DNA of 40,696 nt from a virus. Taxonomy: Duplodnaviria; Caudoviricetes. The notes below the pieces were generated by a model. That model did not search any database. It was not told the DNA's origin and saw only the letters and a list, made by a program, of their open reading frames with translations. The stretch covers positions 1 to 40,696 of the IMG/VR virus record IMGVR_UViG_3300046063_000041. One strand, 5' to 3'. Below, in pieces: positions 7,276-16,190 of this stretch (positions are counted from its first letter, which is position 1; every line of letters begins with the position of its first letter). Made by a program: the position numbers and the translations under genes.

Positions 7276-8442
7276 TCAGCTAGATTCGTATCGAGCGCGC
7301 TCGTTAGAGAGGGAAATGTCATGCTTCGAAAGAATGTGGTATACCCGGTCGGCTGTGAGGCCGACTTGATCAGCGATTTCCGGACCAGTATACTTCCCGG
7401 TCTTTGCCATCTCGCAGATGTTCTTTTCGAAGTTGCGCTGGCGATGCTTACCCATTGTCTCGTCGATGTCTTGGCGGCGCCGCAGTTCTTTTAGGGACAC
7501 CTGCGACTCAGCGAGGACCTTGCCGACGTACTCGGCGGAGGTGTTTTCATCGCGCTCCTCCCCGACCCGCTTGGCGATCTCATTTTTGTTGAGATGCGGG
7601 TTCCGGTGTGCGGTTAGCCGGATGTGAGCGGCGATGGTGTCTGGCTGGATACCCGTTTGCCGCTCCTTCGGCGTGAGGGGGCGGTCCATGCCGATGTCGT
7701 CGCGCAGGATCTTCTCAACGACCCACGTGAGGCCGTAGGCGCGGACCTGGTCGTGATACTCTTTTCGGAGCGCAAGCGCGAGCGCATTGGACAGGCGCAC
7801 CTTTGAGTCACGGCCTGTCTGCCGCTGCTCCTCGGTGGAGCGTCCGTGCAGGTCCTCTTGGACCCGCTCCTCGCGGGGCCGCCAGCCTACATTATCGGCG
7901 GTCAGGGGCGCGTCTGGGTCTGGCCTGTGGGCTTCCCAAGCGTCGTGGGGCGGGTCGCCCGCCCAAGCGTGGGCCATCGCCCGCCCCAAGGTCATCCCGC
8001 CCCCAATCTCGACTTTGCGCGGACGGCCCGGTCCGCCGGTCTGAATGCTCATCTCGCGGGCTTCCCATGTCGCGCCGAAGGAGATGTCTCGGTACTGCGT
8101 CCCTCCCGTGAGCCTGAAGGAGTATGGGACGGCTGTTTTGTCGAGCCCATACCGCACGCCAACTTTACTTTCCACTTCCAAAAGCGAGATGGGCGTGCCG
8201 ACGAGAGAGGTAGCCGTCTTCTCCGTCAGAGCCTCTGGCCGATCCAAGCCGCTGATCTCAGAAAATTTCGAGGGCGGGAGGCCGTGCTCTTGCCAGTCGC
8301 GGAGCTTCCGGGCGACCTCGTCGGTCGGCCCGCGGCGGGCATACGCCTGCACTGTGCTCTGCGCCTTGCCAAGCAGAGTCGCCAAAGCGACATAGCTTAA
8401 GCTCAGGTCGTCCTTGATCTCCGTGAAGGTGCTTGGGGACAT
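7276..8442 (-). CDS. Multi-HTH DNA-binding protein with degenerate HNH-like domain
   Basis: N-terminal Xre-like HTH; LGRAMAHAW..HRPD..ADNVGW; C-terminal HTHs (NKNEIAKRVG, GPEIADQVGLTADRVYHIL). Confidence 0.75.
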   Translation of the reverse strand: MSPSTFTEIKDDLSLSYVALATLLGKAQSTVQAYARRGPTDEVARKLRDWQEHGLPPSKFSEISGLDRPEALTEKTATSLVGTPISLLEVESKVGVRYGLDKTAVPYSFRLTGGTQYRDISFGATWEAREMSIQTGGPGRPRKVEIGGGMTLGRAMAHAWAGDPPHDAWEAHRPDPDAPLTADNVGWRPREERVQEDLHGRSTEEQRQTGRDSKVRLSNALALALRKEYHDQVRAYGLTWVVEKILRDDIGMDRPLTPKERQTGIQPDTIAAHIRLTAHRNPHLNKNEIAKRVGEERDENTSAEYVGKVLAESQVSLKELRRRQDIDETMGKHRQRNFEKNICEMAKTGKYTGPEIADQVGLTADRVYHILSKHDISLSNERARYESS

Positions 8443-8549
8443 GGTTTATATTCCCGCGTTAATTACGATGGCCGTTTTTTTGTAAGCAGTCGGCGCCACT
8501 GCGGGCGATGATCCCGCGGCGGCCTTTACTGTGCCGGGCGATCGGGCAG

Positions 8550-8891
8550 CTACATCACAGCCTCTACGAACGCGCGGGCTTCTCTGCGCCCACGGCGTGT
8601 TTCTTCGGCAGGAATATCTCGGTCGAGGATTGACCGCACTCGGCTCCGCGCTTCGCCGAGCGATAAGCCCGTGTCCAGACTGGCCAGCACTTCACCGCGT
8701 GCCATTTGTCGAGCTGCGGGATTGTAGGTGTCAGCCATCGACACCGTGCCAGTGCTCGGGTCATAAAGCATCTCGCGCCCGTCGTCCCTGACGAGGGTGC
8801 AGTTCTCATGGTCAGGCCGTTCGGGCTCGGACCACGTACGTCGGCGCGTCCAGTGATTTGGGTTCCAGCGGAAGGGCTCGTGATCTAGCAT
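8550..8891 (-). CDS. Hypothetical phage protein
   Basis: 113 aa ORF in the leftward operon. Confidence 0.65.
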   Translation of the reverse strand: MLDHEPFRWNPNHWTRRRTWSEPERPDHENCTLVRDDGREMLYDPSTGTVSMADTYNPAARQMARGEVLASLDTGLSLGEARSRVRSILDRDIPAEETRRGRREARAFVEAVM

Positions 8892-8920
8892 GGTTGGTGT
8901 GGGTTGGTGCTAATGAAACG

Positions 8921-8968
8921 AGTCGCCCCCACTCGCGGGCACGATCCGCGACGCGTCCAAGGTGGGGC
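8921..8968 (-). promoter_or_regulatory. Repeated structured intergenic element, copy 1
   Basis: CCCCAC/GTGGGG outer stem, inner hairpin, 3' CGACT. Confidence 0.5.
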
Positions 8969-8984
8969 CCGCCAGTTGTGGTAG

Positions 8985-9434
8985 TCAGAGGACTTGGCGT
9001 ACTGTGTAGTCTTCATTCAACTCTACGAGGAGCATCATCTTATCTGCATCAGGAACTTTTGAGTACATTATGTCGTCCTCGTGATAGACGACATGACGCC
9101 AGTCTGTGTCTTTGTCAGTCGAGCGCCCATCCTTGTCAGATGAAAACGCCTTCAGCGATTCAAAGTCGCGCTCAACCTTTTCCCCAGCGAGGTGGATCGC
9201 TTCAGGGGCATGGTAAAGAGCCCACTCGTACACCGCGCCGTCCTCATCCCAGGCACCGAGATCGCCCGCATCGGCGTCGTCCATGCCTATGAGATTGCCT
9301 TCGTCCGGAGCAAAGAGACGGATCTTTCCATCCAGCTCTCGTTTGCACCATCCGTAATTGTCGGCGATATGGACGTAGTCTACGTCGTAGGATGCGCGCT
9401 TTGTCGTGATCATGGGTCTGAGGAGTTCGGTCAT
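8985..9434 (-). CDS. Hypothetical acidic protein
   Basis: MTELLRPM..., 149 aa. Confidence 0.7.
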   Translation of the reverse strand: MTELLRPMITTKRASYDVDYVHIADNYGWCKRELDGKIRLFAPDEGNLIGMDDADAGDLGAWDEDGAVYEWALYHAPEAIHLAGEKVERDFESLKAFSSDKDGRSTDKDTDWRHVVYHEDDIMYSKVPDADKMMLLVELNEDYTVRQVL

Positions 9435-9447
9435 TGTTGTGACTAGA

Positions 9448-9495
9448 AGTCGGCCCCACGCCACGGCCCGAGCGTGGCTGCAGCCCAGGTGGGGC
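9448..9495 (-). promoter_or_regulatory. Repeated structured intergenic element, copy 2
   Basis: GCCCCAC/GTGGGGC outer stem, GCCACG/CGTGGC inner stem, 3' CGACT. Confidence 0.5.
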
Positions 9496-9506
9496 GGTAG
9501 CCGGTG

Positions 9507-9761
9507 CTACGAGGTGATCGTGTGCGGGCTGCGACCATCTACGTAGTCATAGATCGCGTCGTCATCGTCGGCGATGTCGGCAGGGATCTGATATACATGC
9601 CAGCGCCATCCCGCCTCCTCGCCGGTGTCGCTTAGGATGTCATCGTCGAAGACGGAGAAGGCATCTTCTTCGTCGTCTCCCTCTGCGACATACTGGATCA
9701 TGTGAGTGAGGCCATTGGAGGTATCGAAGATCGCGTAGGTTTTGAGGTCAGTCGTGGTCAT
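9507..9761 (-). CDS. Hypothetical acidic protein
   Basis: 84 aa Asp-rich ORF, first gene of the leftward operon. Confidence 0.7.
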   Translation of the reverse strand: MTTTDLKTYAIFDTSNGLTHMIQYVAEGDDEEDAFSVFDDDILSDTGEEAGWRWHVYQIPADIADDDDAIYDYVDGRSPHTITS

Positions 9762-9819
9762 GAGTTTATGAGCCTGTCGGCTCTGTCTGAGTGAGTAGCC
9801 AGTGAGCGGTCTGTCTCGT

Positions 9820-10062
9820 CCCCTCCCCCATCATCGCGTTATATATAACTCAGTTATATATAAACCGTTCCCTCTAACCTTGTGTTTTACAGTCTCTTCA
9901 CAGGGCTATTCCGGCCTGCAACCTGAGTCGCCGCCCACCTCACAGCGGCGCTTAGTGGGCTTGCGAGGGGTAAAATCGGCCATAAGCGGGCATTTGGGCG
10001 GGTCCCCAAATATCGCCGTTTAGCGTCCTCCATGATTATATATAATATGATAGAGGGGAGGA
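9820..10062. promoter_or_regulatory. Divergent control region with three TTATATATAA palindromes
   Basis: Copies at 9838-9849, 9853-9864, 10035-10046 in GC-rich DNA; TATAAT at 10041-10046. Confidence 0.6.
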
Positions 10063-10356
10063 TGTGCCCCAATCCGCGCTCACCACTTGGTTTTACCGGG
10101 TGCCGCTCACGCGCCGAGAGAAATCCTTGAGCGGACAATGAGAAAACGGAGTTCTCGACTTCGAGGGGCTATCCTAAAGGGCCCCAGACGCCCCGCTTAA
10201 AACGGTGCTCTCGGTCTCAGGAGGACAGTACTCGCCGGTTTTGAGGACCGCCTATGTCGACTTCTTCAAGGCGACCACATGCGCGCGACGATTGGCTCGG
10301 ATCACGCCCACTTCACTCCGGTATGTGTCTCTGGGCGCTGGGCATCTTTGCCTAGC

Positions 10357-10542
10357 ATGGACACGATCAACATTCTAGAGCACTACCTTCAGGCCACCCG
10401 CGACGGGCGGCGCGTTCGGTTTGGCGACGAAGAAAGGACTGATACCGGGGAGGTAGATGACGTGTCTGCTGACTCGGGGCCGCAGCGCGACTACGTGAGG
10501 GTGACCCTGAAAGTGCCGATTCCCCATTGCGAGGGGGAATAA
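10357..10542 (+). CDS. Small hypothetical protein
   Basis: MDTINILEHY..., 61 aa. Confidence 0.55.
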   Translation: MDTINILEHYLQATRDGRRVRFGDEERTDTGEVDDVSADSGPQRDYVRVTLKVPIPHCEGE

Positions 10543-10644
10543 CGGCGTTATACACATACTCTTGTCCTGCATTGCGAGGCAGGCTGAGGCGAGCTCGCCA
10601 GCGATATGCTGGCGGGTTCGCCCCAGCCTGCCTTTTCCGTTTTT

Positions 10645-10938
10645 ATGGGGTCGACACCTGGTTTTAAGATCGCCATTTGGCTCAGCGTTGGCATCGCTAC
10701 ACTCCTGGTAGGCATGCTGAGCTACCTTGGCCGGCGCGTGATCTCCCACTACGACCAGCAGGCAGAGGAGCGCGATGAGGCCATTGAGAGCCTTCGCCGG
10801 GGACAGCGAGAATTGCAGCGCGAGGTGCGGGCGGTCAAGCGCCGGGTTACGCAGGGCGAGGTGTCTGCGCACGATCAGGTCGAAGAGCTCGATGAGAAGG
10901 TGGATCAGATTCTAGATCGTCTCGATGATCAAGCCTAG
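10645..10938 (+). CDS. Single-TM coiled-coil protein, holin/lysis accessory candidate
   Basis: N-terminal TM, coiled coil, overlaps the endolysin start. Confidence 0.65.
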   Translation: MGSTPGFKIAIWLSVGIATLLVGMLSYLGRRVISHYDQQAEERDEAIESLRRGQRELQREVRAVKRRVTQGEVSAHDQVEELDEKVDQILDRLDDQA

Positions 10939-11680
10939 GCATCTCGCCTTTCTGCTTTTGGCCTTGGCGGCATCGGTTGGCCTCTTTTCGTCTGTGATTT
11001 ACTGGGGCCAAACGTCGCTCACGTCCCTCGCGGCGGGCCCGATCAAGGCGATCCTCGCCGTGACGATCTGGTACTCGATGGTTTACTATGGCTTAGACAT
11101 CGACACCGCTGCGGAGTGGGGGAGCATCAAGGCTGATACGACCGCGCTTGCGATCATCCTCCTCTCGCTTGCGATCCTTATCGCGCCCTCTATCGCGTCG
11201 GGACAGCCTGCGGCTTTGGTCGACACGGCGAAGGCAGAGGAGGGTGTGACTGAGCATCCACCCGGCAGTGATGAGGGGGAGCGGATCGCAGAGTATATGG
11301 CCGCGGTTGGCCTCTCGGACGGGGTACCTTGGTGTGCTGGCTTCACGCGCTGGTCGATGGACAAGGCTTGTGTTCGGATGCCGGACGTGCGCAGCGCAGC
11401 CGCGACAGACTACATTACAAGGCGTAGCGTCAAGGCAAAGACTGTGCTTCGTGGCGGATACGATCCGCAGCCGGGAGATCTTGTGATCCACCGCAGGGGC
11501 GATAGCTGGAAGGGGCACATTGGGATTGTTGTAGAGTGGGGCCTTGAGTGTGGCACGACGGTCTCTGGCAATACCAGCGGGCAAGATGTGCGCAATGGCG
11601 ATACCGTAGCGATCAAGCGGCGATGCATCGAGCCGCTCTCATACTTTCGCATCGTGGCGTTTACTCCCTCAAGCACTTGA
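10925..11680 (+). CDS. CHAP-domain endolysin with three N-terminal TM segments
   Basis: PWCAGF, GHIGIV, GNT CHAP motifs; hydrophobic first ~90 aa. Confidence 0.85.
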   Translation: MIKPRHLAFLLLALAASVGLFSSVIYWGQTSLTSLAAGPIKAILAVTIWYSMVYYGLDIDTAAEWGSIKADTTALAIILLSLAILIAPSIASGQPAALVDTAKAEEGVTEHPPGSDEGERIAEYMAAVGLSDGVPWCAGFTRWSMDKACVRMPDVRSAAATDYITRRSVKAKTVLRGGYDPQPGDLVIHRRGDSWKGHIGIVVEWGLECGTTVSGNTSGQDVRNGDTVAIKRRCIEPLSYFRIVAFTPSST

Positions 11681-11720
11681 CCCGTTTCGTTTTACCCCTA
11701 GAAAGAACCCAAAAACCGCT

Positions 11721-11945
11721 ATGACACACCCCGGCACCATCCTTGATCACCTGAACCCGACGGAGATCACGCCGAGCGGGTGGATCAATTCTATCGGCTT
11801 GCTTGCCTGGTGTGGCGTCGGCGCGTTCTTCGCGAGCAAAGCCGTGGAGGGCCTCCGGCCTTCGGTCGGTGTTGCCGCGGCGGCGTTCGTGGCGCTAGCG
11901 TACGTGCTCGCGCTCGCGATCCACAGCACAAGCTACGATGAGTGA
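11721..11945 (+). CDS. Two-TM protein, putative holin
   Basis: 74 aa, two hydrophobic helices, directly after the endolysin. Confidence 0.55.
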   Translation: MTHPGTILDHLNPTEITPSGWINSIGLLAWCGVGAFFASKAVEGLRPSVGVAAAAFVALAYVLALAIHSTSYDE

Positions 11946-12756
11946 CCTCGGCCCAATATACCGGTGGGGCGTGCCCTTCTTGCTCGCTGCGCTCATCGCG
12001 TGGCTCATGGTGGACTGCGCACGAGGGCAGTCCGTCAGCGCAGAAGGCGAAGGCGGGGTGATGGCATGGGCGTCCGACAGCCACTCGTACCAACACGCAA
12101 TGCATGCCCGCGCCGACCTCATGGTTGAGTGGGGACCGGTCGTGGCTCGGGCTAAGCTGGGCCTCAAGCGGTGGGGGGCAAGCGACGCTATCATCAAGCA
12201 CGCGCTGCTCAACGCCGAGACGGGGAAGGTATACTCGCGTCGGCAGGGCGCGTCGATCGGCCTTCGGTGGCGGGCGATTGAGGTGGGCGCCGAATACGAT
12301 CGCCGCTCCGTGCACCACGTGTGGCGCCACAAGTCCAGGGAGCCGCGCCACGACCATTTCCCGGGGAGCTGGCAGATCGGCCGCTCGGGTGAGGCTCCGG
12401 ACTGGGACCGGATGCTGATCTATCCCTCCCTCGGCTACTGGGGTGGCATCCGGCCATACGTGAGGGTTGAGCACCAGCGATTACGTCTTGTGCTACGCGG
12501 GGCGCTTATCCGTTTGAAGAGCCTCACGCTCCCGTGGCCCGCTGTGCGGATGGCGGCAGAGTATGAGTGGGGCTGGTGGCAGTTCGGGATCGAGGCGCAG
12601 GGCCTCCGCCACCGCGCTCTTACCGGCACGGTGCGGGTTGAGAGACATGTCACGGGCCCCCTTTGGCTGCGGGGAAGCGCTGGTTGGGCGCATCCTCCGC
12701 AGTGGAAGGATGAAAGGCTGCGACGCCTCGCATTTGGGCTGGTACTCACTGAGTAG
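11938..12756 (+). CDS. Exported, beta-strand-rich protein (outer-membrane barrel-like)
   Basis: N-terminal hydrophobic signal, alternating strands, Trp/Arg-rich. Confidence 0.55.
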   Translation: MSDLGPIYRWGVPFLLAALIAWLMVDCARGQSVSAEGEGGVMAWASDSHSYQHAMHARADLMVEWGPVVARAKLGLKRWGASDAIIKHALLNAETGKVYSRRQGASIGLRWRAIEVGAEYDRRSVHHVWRHKSREPRHDHFPGSWQIGRSGEAPDWDRMLIYPSLGYWGGIRPYVRVEHQRLRLVLRGALIRLKSLTLPWPAVRMAAEYEWGWWQFGIEAQGLRHRALTGTVRVERHVTGPLWLRGSAGWAHPPQWKDERLRRLAFGLVLTE

Positions 12757-12757
12757 C

Positions 12758-13957
12758 ATGGACCGTAAACTACACGAGCTCATCCTCGAGGCTGCCGCCG
12801 TGGCTGAAGAGACGCGCCGAACCCACACCGAGGCGGCGGAGGCGATAGGGATAAATCCGAAGACGCACCGCCGGTGGCGAAGCCGGGATCTAAGGGAGGA
12901 GGGAGGATATCAGGCGCACGAAAAAGACGACGAGAGGACACGCTCTTTGACACAGTGGCTACAGTCGGCCTCGGGTGCCGACGATACGGAACAGGCGTAC
13001 GGCGGGCCCGCCGACGCGGATCAGGACCCGCAGGGCGTGGCGGCGGAGGAGATTGGGGGCTACGGCACGGGTGGGTACGGCGAAGCGCGGCCCCCAGAGG
13101 ATCCAGATGTCAATGGCGCCACGGCGGAGACGAGTTTTGACCCCGAGCGGGCGATCGAAGAGCAGGACAGGCGCTTCCGCGATAAGCACCGTCGCGCGCA
13201 GAAGAAGAAGCGGCAGACGATCCGCTTTGACACGGGCCCGATCATGCTCGCGATGCTGGGCGACCAGCATATCGGCAATGCGGGGACCGATGTGAGGCGT
13301 ATCTTCGACGAGCAGGAGACGATCCTGCAGACGCCCGGCGCTTTCGCGTGGCAGATGGGGGACATCGTAGACAACATGATCGTCGGCAAGCTGAAGCAGC
13401 AAAATATGAAACCGTCGGCGCCAGTCTGGGAGCAGTGGCAGCTCGCCCAAGAGTACATGGACCGCTGGGAGGATCGGATGGTGGCCTTTGTTGGCGGGAA
13501 CCATGGCGCTTGGGCAATGCAGCAAACTCAAATCGACTACCGCCGAGACATCTGCCCGGATGGGGTGCTTTACGACGGTGATGATATCCGAGCGGACGCC
13601 ACGGTTGGTTCGGCCCAATACGAAATCTGGGCACGGCATAGGTGGCGTGGAAGCTCGATATACAACCCCACGCACGGCCAAGAGAGGGCGATGCGATTCC
13701 AAGACCCTGATCCTGACATCTACGTCGGCGCCCACACTCACGAGGGGTCAATGTACCGCGAGGTGGTCCACGAGGGGCGCCGCAAGGCCGCGATCCAGCT
13801 GGGGACTTACAAGACCCATGATGACTATGCCCGCGAGCAAGGCTATCCCGGAGGAGATGGATCGACCGCCTGCGCGGTGATCCTCCACGACGACGGCAGC
13901 ATGCACGGCATGGCCGACCTCAAGGCCGCGAAGCGCTACATGCAAGCGATCTACTGA
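12758..13957 (+). CDS. HTH plus calcineurin-like metallophosphoesterase
   Basis: AAEAIGINPKTHRRW HTH; GDQHIG, GDIVDN, GNHG, AHTH motifs. Confidence 0.85.
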   Translation: MDRKLHELILEAAAVAEETRRTHTEAAEAIGINPKTHRRWRSRDLREEGGYQAHEKDDERTRSLTQWLQSASGADDTEQAYGGPADADQDPQGVAAEEIGGYGTGGYGEARPPEDPDVNGATAETSFDPERAIEEQDRRFRDKHRRAQKKKRQTIRFDTGPIMLAMLGDQHIGNAGTDVRRIFDEQETILQTPGAFAWQMGDIVDNMIVGKLKQQNMKPSAPVWEQWQLAQEYMDRWEDRMVAFVGGNHGAWAMQQTQIDYRRDICPDGVLYDGDDIRADATVGSAQYEIWARHRWRGSSIYNPTHGQERAMRFQDPDPDIYVGAHTHEGSMYREVVHEGRRKAAIQLGTYKTHDDYAREQGYPGGDGSTACAVILHDDGSMHGMADLKAAKRYMQAIY

Positions 13958-13958
13958 C

Positions 13959-14516
13959 ATGACTGGCGCCCTCGCCTCACTTACGAAGAGCGCCGCGTGG
14001 CTGGGGGCAGGTGTGCTACTACTGGCAGCGTTGGCAGTTGGCTACCAGGCGGGCCAGTGGGCAGCGCCGGAGCTGACGACCCAGACACGAACCGACACGG
14101 TGGAGGTAGAGCGGACGATCACAGAGCGGGACACTGCAGGTGAGACAGTGCCCCGCACGGTGGTCAGATACGACACAGTTACGCAAGTAGACACCCTCGT
14201 TACGCAAGTACCAACGGATATGACGGTACAGGGTGTGATCCCCCCCTCGCCAGTCGACATCGAAGAAGAGGCTAGACTGACGTACTACGATACCGGCGCG
14301 CAGCGGTGGGCGCAGAACCGCTACGACATCCCGGACGAGCAATGGCACCTGTGGCCGAGCGTGTCCGCGGCGACGACCCCTGCCGGCCTCCAGGCGGCTG
14401 CGGCGGCCCACTTGCGCTGGAAGAAGGTCACGGTGAGCGCGGGGTATATGCAGGCGGCCAGTCATCGGGGCGTGACGGTGGGCGTTGAGTTTCGGCCTTT
14501 TACGATCAGTTGGTGA
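13959..14516 (+). CDS. Spanin-like envelope protein
   Basis: N-terminal TM, Thr/Asp/Val-rich stalk, C-terminal amphipathic strands ending in Trp. Confidence 0.55.
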   Translation: MTGALASLTKSAAWLGAGVLLLAALAVGYQAGQWAAPELTTQTRTDTVEVERTITERDTAGETVPRTVVRYDTVTQVDTLVTQVPTDMTVQGVIPPSPVDIEEEARLTYYDTGAQRWAQNRYDIPDEQWHLWPSVSAATTPAGLQAAAAAHLRWKKVTVSAGYMQAASHRGVTVGVEFRPFTISW

Positions 14517-14517
14517 C

Positions 14518-15714
14518 ATGCCCAAAATCATCAATCGCACCGAAAAGCGGGTGCACATTGACCAAATCGAGGCGCACCCCGCCAACCCAAACGACGGGGA
14601 CGTGACGGCGATTGCCGAGTCCATCCGCCAGAACGGCTTCTACGGCCGAATCGTCGTGCGGGACTCGACAGGCAAAATCCTCGCCGGGGAGCACCGCTGG
14701 CGAGCGGCTCGAGACGTGGGGCTTACGGAGGTGCCCATAGAGCGCGTCGAATGTGATGACGAGACGGCGATGCGTATCCTGCTCGCCGATAATGCGACTG
14801 CCGAGAAGGCCGAGCGGGAACCGGAGCCGTTGGCGGATCTGCTTGAGTCGCTGGAGACGACCGGCGACGGATTGGCGGGTACCGGATACGACGACAGCGA
14901 TCTTGACGAGTTGTTAGACGACCTCGGCCGCATTCCAGAAAATGGAACTGTAGACGACCCTGGTGCGGAGGTAAGCCGGGCAGAAGAGCTACAGGAAGAG
15001 TTCGGCACCGAGCAAGGGCAGTTGTGGAGGATCGGCGACCATCGCCTGCTGTGCGGAGACGCGACGGATGGGGATGATGTGGGGCGCCTGCTGGATGGGG
15101 TGGAGCCGAGATTGATGTGGGCCGACCCGCCGTATGGGATTGACTTTCGGTCAAATCACCGACAGGAGACGCCGCAATTTCGGCGCATTCGTGGCGACGA
15201 TAAACCGATGCTCGGATTCCTACCACAGGCTACGAGCATTCCGGTGTGGTACGTGTGCTGTCGGTGGGATGTGGCACCGGAGTTTATGGCAGCTATTACC
15301 TCCGAGGGTCACGACCTGAAAAACTGGATCGTGTGGCACAAGCCCGGTGGTGGCATGGGAGATTTGGAGGGGCAGTATAAGCCAACACACGAGACGATAC
15401 TTTTTGCCACTGATGGGCGATGCAGATTTGAGGCGGCGGGTCGAGATGAGGACCTGTGGCAGGCTAATCGCGGGGGTGTGAACGATTACCAGCACCCAAC
15501 CCAGAAGCCCGTCGCTCTTGCTCGAAGGGCATTCCGGAACCACACGACCGCTGGTGACGAGATATACGACCCATGCGCAGGAAGCGGCATGTCCATCATC
15601 GCCGCCGAGAACGAGGGTCGCACCGCCTACGCTTTAGAAATTGACCCTGGGTACTGCGCCGTCATCCTTGATCGGTGCAGCGAGGCGGGGCTGGAGTGTG
15701 AACCGATCAACTGA
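14518..15714 (+). CDS. ParB-like domain fused to an N6A/N4C DNA methyltransferase
   Basis: ILAGEHRWRA (ParB); DPPYG, HPTQKPV, DPCAGSG (MTase). Confidence 0.92.
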   Translation: MPKIINRTEKRVHIDQIEAHPANPNDGDVTAIAESIRQNGFYGRIVVRDSTGKILAGEHRWRAARDVGLTEVPIERVECDDETAMRILLADNATAEKAEREPEPLADLLESLETTGDGLAGTGYDDSDLDELLDDLGRIPENGTVDDPGAEVSRAEELQEEFGTEQGQLWRIGDHRLLCGDATDGDDVGRLLDGVEPRLMWADPPYGIDFRSNHRQETPQFRRIRGDDKPMLGFLPQATSIPVWYVCCRWDVAPEFMAAITSEGHDLKNWIVWHKPGGGMGDLEGQYKPTHETILFATDGRCRFEAAGRDEDLWQANRGGVNDYQHPTQKPVALARRAFRNHTTAGDEIYDPCAGSGMSIIAAENEGRTAYALEIDPGYCAVILDRCSEAGLECEPIN

Positions 15715-15719
15715 ACATC

Positions 15720-16190
15720 ATGGCACTGAACAAAACTGAGACCGACCGGCGCGAACAGCGACGCCAGAAGGTGGCGCAGATCCTTGTCCGGCGTCCCCGC
15801 GTGACTGTGCGGCAAATCCGGCGAGCACTTGCTAAGTCTGGACACACCAACCCCAAGACGGGTGAGCCTTGGAGTATTGGCACAGTACAATCTGACATTG
15901 AGGTTGTGCGTGAGGAGGCCCGTGAACAGATGCGCGAAAATGCTGATGAGTGGCGGGCGAAAGAACTCGATAAACTTCGGCAACTGGAGCAAGATGCGTG
16001 GGGAGAGGGCAATCACAAGCTTGTCCTCCGATGCATGAAGCGACGGGCGGATCTTCTGGGCCTTGACGAGCCAGATCAGATTGAACATGAGGGAGAACTC
16101 GGGCTTGAGTCCAATACGCTCGACGAAGTGATGAAGTCTCTAACTGATCGCGCCGCTCGCTTGGGCGCGGAGGAAAAAACCGATGATTGA
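15720..16190 (+). CDS. terS: Terminase small subunit
   Basis: HTH, RRADLLGLDEP..IEHEG motif, directly before TerL. Confidence 0.7.
   Translation: MALNKTETDRREQRRQKVAQILVRRPRVTVRQIRRALAKSGHTNPKTGEPWSIGTVQSDIEVVREEAREQMRENADEWRAKELDKLRQLEQDAWGEGNHKLVLRCMKRRADLLGLDEPDQIEHEGELGLESNTLDEVMKSLTDRAARLGAEEKTDD

Noticed and set aside
14518-15714. ParB-methyltransferase as a novel fusion or RM system
   Set aside because: Common orphan fusion upstream of phage terminases; no cognate restriction enzyme seen
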